Below, piece after piece: positions 25,881 through 38,099 of a DNA stretch of 64,000 nt. A program made the translations under genes and the position numbers. Every line of letters begins with the position of its first letter. The first letter of the stretch is position 1. The stretch comes from Gnetum montanum (taxonomy: Eukaryota > Plantae > Gnetophyta): the NCBI GenBank assembly GCA_015680685.1, contig MNCI01000736.1:62001-126000 (forward strand). Reading direction: 5' to 3'. The notes below the pieces were generated by a model. It saw only the letters and a program-made list of their open reading frames with translations. It ran no database searches and was not told the origin of the DNA.

Positions 25881-28800
25881 TAGGTCTAATTCAATAAATT
25901 GGAGACCATTTGATGAATCATCATTAATGAGCTATGTTGATGGGCATGTGTTGATGCATCCCCATTCACGTAGCCTTGTTGATGCATGATCTAAAGCATC
26001 AACACATATGCATTGACATGGCATATGAGTCTATCTATATTAATGTGCATACCCATTGCATTTATGAGATTGGTTAGTTAATAGCTTATGGAAGTTCTTA
26101 TAGCTTGTTTCCATGATAGTTAGAATATTTTCTAAGTTTTCATAGTAGGAGTTAAGAAGTGTACAGATCCTTATTCGAGCACTAGTGTACTTGGGTACTT
26201 CAATGGGATGGCAATAAAGATGAACTTCTTAGAATACCCTGCAGCATTTGGAAATAGTTTAATGTTTACTTTACTAAAATTTACTATTCATGCAATTTAC
26301 TTCCATGTCCTTAGTTATTTAAATATGATTAATTAATACACATAAGAATGACCACCTCGAGTATAACATTAATGCTTGGTAATCCCAATAGTGCTAGGCA
26401 CTTGGTAACCTAGCAGTGTTGTAATGCATTCAAGATGTGTATAACAAGTGGGACCATATACTTGTATTAGGAAATAGATTAAGGAATTAGATAGTTATTA
26501 GATTAGTTAATACTTAATCACTTTTGAAACACCACCAAATTTGGATTACAGCATCTTGACTACAAATTTGGCTAAGTATTGAGATTATGCTTGACCCTAG
26601 CTAAGAGCATAGTTAGCCTCTAGTAGAGAGTGTAGTTAACACAAAGGCCAATTTTATAATTTTTTCTAAGTGTCATTGTGAAGCTAGAAGATGCAAGTTT
26701 TTCTAAGTCTTGAGACTACACTCTCCATTTCCCTAGAGCATAGTTAGCCTTTCATGGAGAGCATAGTTAGCATGAAGGCCTAAATTTTGTAGATTTTTCC
26801 AAGTGTTGAGACTATGCTCTCCCCTAGCCGAGAGTGTAGTTAAGCGTAGTCATCTAGAAGCTAGTTTCCACAAGTTTTGACAAGTGTTGGGATTATGCTC
26901 TCCACTATCATAGAGCATAGTCAGCCTCTTGTGGAGAGCATAGTCAACACAAACATAGTTTTTTGCAATTTTCTCTAAGTGCTGAGACTACACTCTCCAC
27001 TGCCCTAGAGCATAGTTAGCCTCTAGTCGAGAGCATAGTCAACAATAAGGTAGCTTTTCACAAGTTTTGGCAAGTCTTAGACTATCCTCATCCCTAGTTG
27101 GAAGTGTAATCAGCCTCCTGTGGAGTGTGTAGTCTACCAAAAAGCCCAAATTCCACTAGCATTGAGACTACATTCTCCCCTAACCTAGAGCATAGTCAGT
27201 AGGGAGCAAGTTTTTTTAAAAAAAATTCTAAGTCCCGAGACTATGCTCTCCACTACCCCAAGGCATAGTCAGCCCTCAGTGGAGAGTGTAGTAAGCCAGA
27301 ATAGCCTCCAGTAGCCTCCATAGCATAGCAGCGGCACACCAATGCAATCAACTCACCCTTGATGAGCATAGTTGGTGGAATCTTTCTCTCTCTTGCATCC
27401 CCTCTTGTCCAAAATTGTAACTATGCTTAATCCCACTAGCCTAGTGGATAGCATAGTTGGGTGAGAGTGTAGTTCCAACCATTCCCTCTACCACGTGGTG
27501 ACCAAGCTAAATTTCATGGTAACCCTAACCCTACAAATACCTTGCACCCTCAACATTTTCAGGGCTAGCATTTTTGGCAAATCAAGGATTGGCAAATATT
27601 TGGGTTAGCATTTGGTGAAGTTGCAGATGACTGTAGCCCTACCATAGCCCCACTATAGCCTAGTAGAATGTTGTAGCCCATGGTACACCATAGCAGCTAA
27701 CTTGACAGATGTAGACACCTTGACAAGTGCTAGTCTTTAAGGCTAGACACCTTCGAGATTATGACTATGCTCTCCATTGCACCTATTATACCCTATGTAC
27801 CTTCTAACTCATTTTGGTGTTAACTACACTCAACCCCATTTGGTGTGGTGTTTTACTTCTCTATCTCTCTCTTTGCATTTTTAGCATTTCATTTGCATTT
27901 TTCACTATTTCATTTGCATTTTTCACTATTTCATTGCATAGTCACACCTACAACTATTTTTGGGCAATGGTTTCCACATGTTGGCATCCTCATTTTCACC
28001 AAAAAACTTGACTATGCTCAACCCCATTGACACCGTTAATACTATTAACACTATTTGAACACTTAGCACTATTTCATAGCAACATTGCAGCTAACCATGT
28101 TACACCTTGATTACATTTGGTAAGTCCCTATTTGATCGACAAGACCATTCAGGGCATTCCATCTCTGCCTCCAATAAGCCCTTGCACAAATTTGGGGTTA
28201 GGCTGTATGCCCATTGACCTTGGTGTTCATGCTACCAATGTTTTTGGTCATTATAGTTTCTAGCACTAAAAGGAGACTTGAATCACTTTTTCAAACTTTG
28301 GTGTGGTTTTCTTGCATGTTCTCTACATCATAGTTATCTATCAATCCATTGATGTAGATTGGACACTATAGTTTGTCCCCTTGGGATCTTGCATAGCAAC
28401 CCAAATTGCACTTCTCTTCACTATTTTCCTAAGTCTTCGTTCTCTCAGTGTGAAGAGTGTAGTTAGCTCTTAATGTAGAAAGCATAGTTTGTGGAGAGCA
28501 TAGTCAACTCTCAACATAGAGAGCATTGTTTGTGAAGAGCATAGTTAGCGTAGTTAATGGTGTTAGCTAAAATAGGATTAGTTTTAGTGTCTTCCATAGT
28601 ACTCTATAATTAGCAACTAGTAGCTCTCCCTTTCACAACTTGATCTACAACCATGAATCTAGATCAGCCTTTGACATTAGTGTCAAATGCACTTGACATC
28701 CAACAAGAGGCTAGGATTGACAACCTTGGAAGTCTCGTGATAGTAGGACTAAGGCAATCTCTTAGGCTAAGTACCCAAGACCTAGAGTATGTTATGCTTA

Positions 28801-29689
28801 GCAATGAATAATAAAACTTTGTATGTGCAAAGATTCAAGTAGGGTTACCCATGGATCACCTTGAAATGGAGGCAAAACAGGAATTTGAATTAATCCATAG
28901 GGATAGATGGGAGCATATCTCTTCCTCTTTCAACATCATTCCGCTCATAGAGTCTCATAAAGTCTCACCATTGGTTATTATCCTAGCTCATCTGAGTAGG
29001 TGAGCACAACGTAGGGACTGACTATGAGAAATCCTTACAAGAGGAAGTGGACAATTTGGAAGCTCACTTCAAACATGATCCACCCTTTCCCACTATCTTC
29101 CAATAAGCAATCCCTAGTCCAATCCCTCCTTAGGTTAGTTCACTCGTCGTTCCCGAGATAGTCAGAACACTAGCATCACCTTCCTACTCTGTCTAGCTTA
29201 GATCTACACCTATAGTGGCAACCCACTAAATGTAATACATGCATTATGATGTAATAACCCCTTTTCACCAGCCCTTTGTGGCATCATCTAAACATACCTA
29301 GCCATCTTTTCTAGCAGCAATCACATTAGCTCAACCATATGTTCATGTAGGGCTCATCTCTAGGCCCTAAACAACTTAGGCACCCTGCATCCTACTTATT
29401 TTGTTGGCACCCTTAGCATTAGTCCAACCCACATGTGAGTGGCTTGCCCCATTCATCACATCCATAGCAAAACCAATGCATCAATTACATTGCGTGGCTC
29501 TACAATAGGTAATCCAGCTCTTGGCCATACAACCAACATAGTAGATAACATAGCCAATGCAACTGACTAGTGCATCTTAAAACTTGGATCATGCATTTCA
29601 ACTAATCTAAAGTTTGACCAAGGAGGTGAGGTGACTAAAATCTACTTTCTTCAAAACCATCAAGGTGGTGGACTTCTACCAAGATGATC

Positions 29690-30730
29690 CTATAAGTCCT
29701 CTGGTCCCACCCTTAACTCTACCAAATGAGGTCTCACTACCCTAATTCACTAAGTATAGTAGTGAAGGAGATCCCAACACATACTTGGTCATGTTTAGGT
29801 CTGAGTGCTTGCTGTTGCAAGCTTGGCTGCATGCCATCATGCATATATTTATCATATTGTTGATTGGTAAAGCACTAGACTAGTACCAAGCACTATGTAG
29901 AGGTTCTATTTCCTTATTAGAAAACCTCTTAATCTAGTTCATGATGCCCTTCAAGTACAACTTGAGGCCAAAAACAACCTTGGACTAGCTAATGTAAGTC
30001 ACACAAGGCTAACTAGAGCCCATGCAAAAGTTCATCTAACACTAGAGCACCTTGTTAAAAAAAATACAAGAGTTGATAGCTGAGGCACACCTATTGGCTA
30101 TCTTCAAAGGCATAGTTAACGACTTTATCAAGTCAAAACTATACTACTTAGGCTTGTAATCCCTAAGCTAGGACTTTGCCCAAATTGAGAGCATAGAAGA
30201 CATAGTGCAAGGTAGCAAGGACCTAGCCTATGTGCCCTAGAAAGACCACCATGCAAGAAAGCATAATGCAATAGTGGAAATGCTAAAGAAACCAACCAAG
30301 GGCCGATGGCTAGGTAGCCTAAAGCCCCAACTCATAAAGTTGCCAACTCTAGCACCAAGGCTACCAACCTACCTACATCTACAATGTCCATGACATAAAT
30401 TGGTCAAAGGTCCAACTTTGAGTGCAACGATTGCTCAAAGTATATCCCATTACCATTGAAACCCTCAGAGTTGCTAGATCAACTATTGAAAGCTGAGTGC
30501 ATCCAACATAAGTAAATGCTTGAGGATGCCTGCAAAAGGCATGATAGGTACTATGAGCTATTGAGGAAACCCACCTTAGCAACAACAAATGAGCCCTTAG
30601 TCCCATAGCACATTAGGCTAGACCAATTATGTCATTACCACCAGTTTTTCGATCATAGCATGGACTTCTATTAAGCTTTGCAAGATGATCTGCAAAGGAT
30701 GATAGATAGGGACAAACTAGTGTTTGCTAT
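29690..30730 (+). pseudogene. gag: Tat/Ogre gag relic
   Basis: KYSSEGDPNTYLVMF...LIGKALD*YQAL..GSI...F; zinc-knuckle relic YCHYHQFFDHSMDFY*ALQDDLQRMIDRDKL at ~30625-30720. Confidence 0.75.
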
Positions 30731-31606
30731 GGAAAACTTGGCCAGGACCCTGAACCAATCCATGATGGTCTATGATGACCCTCTAAATGCAGATGGTATT
30801 GGCTATGTCATAAATTCCATCAACATGGGTGACAAGTTAGAACCACTATAGCAGCCTTTTGTGGTTTGAGTGTCTTTTGGTAGTGCAAGGGTCCCCTTAG
30901 CCTCCATGAGTTTGAGGCCTTCCTTCATTATTAAAGCATCACCTCAAGCACCCACAACACCATCCATGGTTAGGGTTCCACAACATGTTGCAACAACAAT
31001 TTCTTAGCCACCATTTGTCATTAGGGTATCACAACGTGCTGGCCCCTGACCTACTTGAAGCCTAGTAGTGGGCAATGCATCAGTCCTTTCTTGTCGAAGG
31101 GCCAACCCTATCAGCAACATGGGTAGATCCACTAGATGACAATGTAAAAGGCCTAAAGAATTCCTTGTAGAAAAAATGGATAAGTGACAATGATACCAAA
31201 GAGTAGTTAATTTGCCAAAGTTGGTCCATGTCTTTGTAGTCCTCATGGCTAAGGCAATTGAATAGGCCATGACCAAAAAATTGCAACCAAGCACTGAGGC
31301 CTCCAAATAGGCCAAGTAAGCAAAGCCTAAGTCACCTTTGTGAGAGATTTGTCTCTTAGGTTGCATGAAGGAAGTCAAGGCCAACAAAATGACAAATGAT
31401 GACAAGGAATTTGTAGATGCATTAGCCCAAGTCAAACAGGCACTCAAGCAAAAAAATACCACATTGAGCGTATATGACCTAATTATGATTCATCTACCCA
31501 CTGTGAAGCACTAGTGTAGATGTTGACCTTCATTCCTATCATGGAGGACATCCTTGCAAATGAGAATTCCATCCATATAGTGATGCTACCTCCAGCACTA
31601 TAGGAA

Positions 31607-32281
31607 TTGAGCTCCACATCCCTAGTGTTTTATGATGAAGCAATTAAGGTCAATCCTGAGAAGGGTGTGGTTATAATAGCCCCCATGTTTAACACCATAT
31701 GTGTTGGACAATGCAAGATTTGGAGAGTGCATGTTGACGATGGGGTAGCAAAAAATGTTATATCATACACCATTGTCAATAATTTAGGCCTTGCAGATCA
31801 AAGGAAGTCAATGAAAACCATGTGCCTGAAGTCCTTTAATGGGTCATGCATCATTGTTGAGGGTATCATTACCATAGCCTTTGTAGTAGGGGAAGAATTC
31901 CCCACCATGATTGAATTCATTATCATAGAGGAAATGCCTGGCTTTAACTTAATATTGGATAGGACATGGTTGGCCCAATTATGGGTCATCTCATCTCTGA
32001 TCCACGAAGAAGTCCACCTTCCATACAAAGGTAGCAAGGTTATTATCCAAGGTGATAATGTAGCCCCTCTAGCCATTGAAAACATAGATATAGAGCATGG
32101 GTTAGCGGTGGAGTTCCTTGATGATGCGTCCATAGTAAAGGATGACAATGAAACAAATGTGGTTGACACACTTGAAAGGATGGAAGAAGCTGGTGGCCTA
32201 CCAAAAGATGCCCTATGGGTAGAATTTCCCTTCAACATAGTGAGTGAGGCTCAAGGGAGACTACTACATAGTGCAATCTAG
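31607..32281 (+). pseudogene. Tat/Ogre aspartic protease
   Basis: RVHVDDGVAKNVI...KSFNG...VEGII...FNLILDRTWL....VISSLIHEEVHLP, a typical Tat protease. Confidence 0.85.
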
Positions 32282-32639
32282 ACCGTACACACTTACTAAT
32301 CCATAGTAGATTAGGAAGAAACTATACAACTAAGGTAACCCCTTAGCTCAAAGTGCACTAGGTGCTTGACTGCCTTTCACTTCTACACATCATGCATTTC
32401 ACTTTTTGCTTACACTGCATTTGTTTATGCATTTACATTTAGCTTGATTGCTTAGATTATGCATGGTTCTACTTTGTTTATGCATTTATTTGCTTTGTGT
32501 ATGCATTCATCTGCTTAGTTTATGCATTCGTTCATTTAGTTTACCCTTCAGTAGTTATTAGGTTAATGTATAAAAAACATCAAAATGCATAAAAATCATA
32601 AAAGAAAAAATCACAAAAAGAGAGTTAGCACTACGTGCC

Positions 32640-33910
32640 CTACCATGGCCTTAAACTAGCAATGTTGTGATCCAAGATGGCCCTAAACTAGCAATCTATG
32701 GCCTGGTACAGCCTAAAATTGATAATGCTTTTTACTTCAAACGTTGTGGCTTGTAATGGCCTAAAACTATCATATTTAAACAAATGTAATAGCTTGGAAT
32801 GGCCTTAAACTATTGCAATGACTTGGAATGGCCTTAAACTACTACAATAGCCTAGAATGGCCTAAAACTATTGCCTTTAATTCTACAATCCAATGGCCTA
32901 CTATGTCCTTAAATTGGAAACACAAGTGCTTGGAATGACCTTAAACTATCACTGTGGCCCAGAATGGCCTTAAACTAGCAACCCACTTAGCTTGGAATGG
33001 CCTAAAACTATTGCTTTCAATTCCAACTCTATGGCCCAAAATGGCCTTAAGCTACCATAAGGGCCCAAAATAATCTAAAATTATCATCATGACCTACTAT
33101 GGTCGTAAACTAGCAATGAAAGGCCTAGAATGGCCTTAAACTATTGTAATGACCTGGAGTGGCCTAAAACCATCATCATGGCCTGAAATGGCTAAAAGCT
33201 AGCATTGTCTTGCTATGGCCTTAAACTAGCATGGGGCCTGTTAAGGCTTCAAACTAACAATAGACTTTCTATGGCTTGCAATGTCCTAGACTTGCATATT
33301 CATAGCAAATTTAATAAAATTATCATATGCCATACTAGAAGCCATACTACATTTAGCATGTAGCACTGCACATCACTGAAGCAAGGTAAGCACTCATCCA
33401 CTAGAACACTAAACTAGCACAACATTTGTTTGCTATGGCATTTAACAAGCATAGCATACATCTAATATGATGTTAAACTAGCACAATAGTTCATCCTCTA
33501 TGATGCTAAACTAGCACAACTCATCCTTATGTCACAACGTTAAACTGACACAACAACATTCATATGCTATGATGCTAAGCTGGCACAATATGTTCGTTGT
33601 GACACTAAACTGGTATAGCTCATCTACTATGACATTAAACTAGCACAAAGGTATGCATACACACAACACTCATTTGCTACAATGTTAAATTGGCAAAGCA
33701 TTTGTTTGCTATGATGTTAAACTAGCATAGCTCATCTACTATGATGCTAAATTGGCACAACATCCATTTGCTACAATATTAAACTAGCACATGGTAGTCC
33801 ACTAGGACTATAAACTAGAATAACATGGTCTTCTAGGACCTTAAATTGAGTCCACAGTCTGCTAGAACCTCAAACTAGTAAATCCATGGTCTAGCAAGAC
33901 CTTAAATTGA
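32640..33910. repeat. Minisatellite (ATGGCCTTAAACTA-, then TAAACTAGCACA-based units of ~28-45 bp)
   Basis: Dozens of degenerate copies, directly visible. Confidence 0.85.
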
Positions 33911-36900
33911 ATTCTTGGTCAGCCATTGATGATTCCTCCCATTCTCTCACAAGAAAGTGAGTGAGCATAACCTTTGTCCCCCTTCTACATCATGTGGGAA
34001 AGCATGTTGTAGTCCTAGAATGAAGCACTTGTAGCATCTTTTCCCTCTCAATTTTGTTGTTCTTTTGAGCACCTGCCATAAGCATAGCCTTTGGAGCACT
34101 TGCAACATCTTCACCCCCCACAATTTTTCTAGCTTTGTGAGCACTTGCAACAGGTGTAGCCTTTGGAGCACTTGTAGAATCTTTGTGCCCTACAATTTTT
34201 TTGGCATTTATGTCTTATGTGATTTTTCTATCTCCTCAGAGTTATGTTTGTAGGATGAAGCTTTCGATCATCATGAAAATGCACATCTTATTGTAGTAGC
34301 AAGTTTCCATAGTGCTCATATGTGCACGATCGAACTAGTTGAGCCTCTCAAGAGTGTACATCCCCTCCTTATCCTATTATAGCCTATCAATATCCACTCC
34401 CTCATTCTAATACTCTCTCATTCCACACATAGCCAAGATTACAAACCCTCCTAGATGCTCACATGCTATGACCACATGACATCCTCTTCACACATCTCAT
34501 CAAACACCAAGCTTCCCAAGGTGGTCGGTCAAAGCCTAGGTAAACATAACATAAGTCATCCTAGAGAAGAAACACCTATCATATAGACACCATAGTATTT
34601 CGTCAATGGAAAAGTGAGGCCCATCTAGTGATATGAAATTCACTTGATAGGAAGCATCTCACTTTGTAGAAAGCATTCACAAAAAAGAGCAAAAAGGGAT
34701 AGAGCATGTTCCTAAGTAATCTAGGAGCACTACAATTTCATAATCAGTCCAACCCTGAATCCACACTAACTCTCTCACAAGCACCTTGACGAGAGGTCAA
34801 CACTTCAAGGGAAAACCACTCTAGTGCCATGGTCATCATTAGTTTTGAGGTCCTTGCATTACAATATCCTCACTTGCACCTTACCTTCCCCTTTTTATCC
34901 CTTGCACATCACCTACACCTTTTACTCCTACTTCTCACATACCACCTAGCATAACACTATCTATAACACTCTTGAGCATGGTGCAGTGACATCAAATCTT
35001 GCACTGAAGAGCAATGTTGGTGCCAAGCTTGCTATGGTGTTTTACTGTTCTTTGCCAACATCTCTTAGGCCACTACTCCAAATATCAACAAAGAGAGGCT
35101 AATGAAACACCACCAAATTTGGACTATAGTATCTTGACTACAAATTTGGTTAAGTGTTGAGACTATGCTTGACCCTAGCTAAGAGCATAGTTAGCCTATA
35201 GTAGAGAGCATAGTCAACACAAAGGATAGTTTTACAATTTTTTCTAAGTTTCATTATGAAGCTAGAAGCTACAAATTTTTCTGAGTGCTAAGACTATGCT
35301 TTCCACTACCCTAGAGCATAGTCAGCATCTCATGGAGAGCATAATTAGCATGAAGGCCTAGTTTTTGCAATTTTTTCCAATTGTTGAGACTATGCTCTCC
35401 CCTAGCCTAGAGTGTATTCAAGCATAGTCAATTGGAAGAAAGTTTTCATAAGTTTGGACAAGTGTTGGAACTATGCTCTCCATGATCACAAAGCATACTT
35501 AGCCTCTCATGGAGAGCATCATTAGCAGAAACCCATTTTTTTGCAATTTTCTCTAAATGCTAAGATTGCACTCTCCACTACTTGGAAGCATAGTTAGCCT
35601 TCAGTGGAGAGTGTATTAAAAAAAAAGCTAGCTTTTCACAAGTTTTGGAAAGTCTTAGACTATGCTCACCCCTAGTTGGGAGTATAGTTAGCCTCTCATG
35701 GGGAGCATAGTTTGCTAAAAAAGCCTAGATTCCACCAACATTAAGACTATGCTCTTCCCCAACCTAGAGCATAGTCAGCAAGAAGTAAGGTTTTTGTAAA
35801 ATTTTTCTAAGTCTTGGGACTATGCTCTTCACTACCCTAGAGCATAGTTAGCCTTCAATGAAGAGCGTAGTCAGCTAGAATAAACTTTGATAGCCTCCAC
35901 AACACTGCAATGGCACACCAATGTAGTCAACTCATCCCTGACAAGCATAGTTGGTGGAATCTTTCTCTCTCTTGCATCCCCTCTTGCCTGAAATTATAAC
36001 TACACTTGATCCCACTAGCCTAGTGGAGAGTGTAGTTAGATGAGAGCATAGTCCCAACCATCCCCTCTACCACATGGCAACCATGTTGCATTTTGTGCTA
36101 ACCCTAATCCTATAAATATCCTACACCCTCAATGTTTTTAGGGTTGGAATTTTTGGCAAATCAAGGCTAGACAAATCTTTTGGGTTAGCATTTGATGAAG
36201 TTGTAGATGACTGTAGCTCCACTATAGCGCCACTGCAGCCTAGTAGAACACTGCAACCCATGGTACACTATAGCAACCAACTTGATAAATGCAGATATCC
36301 CAACGAGTGCTAGTCTTTATGGTTAGACACCTTCAAGACTATGACTATGCTCTCCACTATGCTTGTTGTACCTTGTGTACCTTCTAACCCCTTTTGGTGT
36401 TAACTATGCTCAACCCCATTTGGGGTGGTGTTTTTCTTCTCTCTCTCTCTTTGCACTTTTAGCATTTCATTTGCATTTTCACTATTTCATTGCATAGCTA
36501 CACCTGCAACTACGTTTAGGCAGTGGTCTCCACATGTTGGCATCCTCCTTTTCACTAAAAAACCTGACTACACTTGACCCCATTGACACCGTTAACACCA
36601 TTTGAACACTTAGCACCATTTTCCATTAGCATCATGGCTAACCATGCTGCACCCTAGTTAAATTTGGTAAGTCTCTATTCGATCAAAAAGATCATTTAGG
36701 GCATCCATTCTTTACCTCTAGTAATCCCTTGTGTAGATTTGGGGTTAGGTTGTGCACCAGTCGACCTCGGTGTTCCAACCTCCAATGTTTTTGATCATTG
36801 TAACTTTATGTTACATTTAGGATAAAATAGATAAAAATATAAAATTATCCAAAATCATGTACCTTGGTTATGCTTAACCATGCACTTCTACTTACACAAG

Positions 36901-38099
36901 TGGAATGAAAAAGATAACAATTGTTTCCATAGGTTCACTACCTAGATGATATGCATTTAGAAAACTAAAGTTTATAGAATTCAATTGGATTTCTAGTGCA
37001 TGCTTGTGATTCATATGGTTGGGTGTAGGGTGTACTCATTGCTCATCATTGGTGCTATTAACAGGGATCTTAGTTAGCTACGTGTGCTACCTAAGAAGCT
37101 AGTGAAATCATTTAAAGATGTTGCAACAAATCCAAAAGTCAAAATTATTAAGACAAATAATAATAACACACCCACTCAATCACTAATATGGCTTCCTCTT
37201 GTAGGGAAACTCTCCACCACTCTTTACAAGCAATTCCAATTAAGAAAGTCAAGAAGGCCATAGGATGCTAGTGCCCCAATAGTTTAAGGTGATCTATACT
37301 CATCCAAATGAATATAATCTAGACTTCACCTTCATTCTACATCAGGATGAGCAATATTGATGGAGGGACATGGAAGGCAACATCATGTTTCCTATTAACC
37401 AATTTGTTCCTATAATGCTATTGAATAATCTTACTAGCATAGGCATTATAGAACTCAATTCTAAGTACGAGGTGCAAGATCATACTTACCAAGATTATAA
37501 CTCCACAGAAGTGTAGGAAAAGAAAGATTGGAAAATGAAAGCTTGATATGAGACCATAAAAGGAAAATGGGGCCATACCCACTAATTCTCCTCCTCTCTT
37601 TGATGAGAGGATCCTTAACAAACATTTGCAATCCACTGTGAACGATCCTTGTTCTAGGAATAAAGGATCCCATGATTAGAGGACCTTGAAAGGAGGTAGC
37701 TAGGGTAGGAATGAGGATAAAAACCAAGAAAAAGATAAAAATGGTGAACATGATAGGAACCAAAGAAGGGGAAGGAGTAGAACCTAATCTAGTGCTGGTT
37801 CTCCTTCCTCTTCACCTTCTTCATCCTCATTTTCTTCCTTCTCCAACTTCAATTAGATTCACAAAGTAGTAAAAACGATGATGGATGTGAACAACATAGG
37901 ATAGGGATGATCATAGATGCCATTATAATGACAAAAATTATGGGTAGGAGTAGTGGGGAGATGGTTAGAATAGAGAAAGAAAAAACAAAAGGACTCATCA
38001 TAGGCATCATGACCATGATAGGGGCTATCAAGATTGTTATGACCATGATGAGTCCCTACTTGCTATAAGGAACATCTTGAACATTGAGGAGGTTGTTAG

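Larger units (their letters stand above)
26525..36802 (+). mobile_element. Tat/Ogre-like Ty3/gypsy element, non-autonomous (gag + protease only)
   Basis: ~1.7-kb LTRs 26525-28255 and 35103-36802; perfect TSD ACTTT; PBS-like TAGCACTAAAAGGAG at 28261; PPT-like AAAGAGAGGCTAA before 35103; no RT/INT motifs found. Confidence 0.88.

Noticed and set aside
32640-33910. CRISPR-like repeat/spacer appearance (also 26580-27480)
   Set aside because: The repeats are degenerate, spacing is irregular, the spacers resemble each other, there are no cas genes, and the context is a eukaryotic retroelement.
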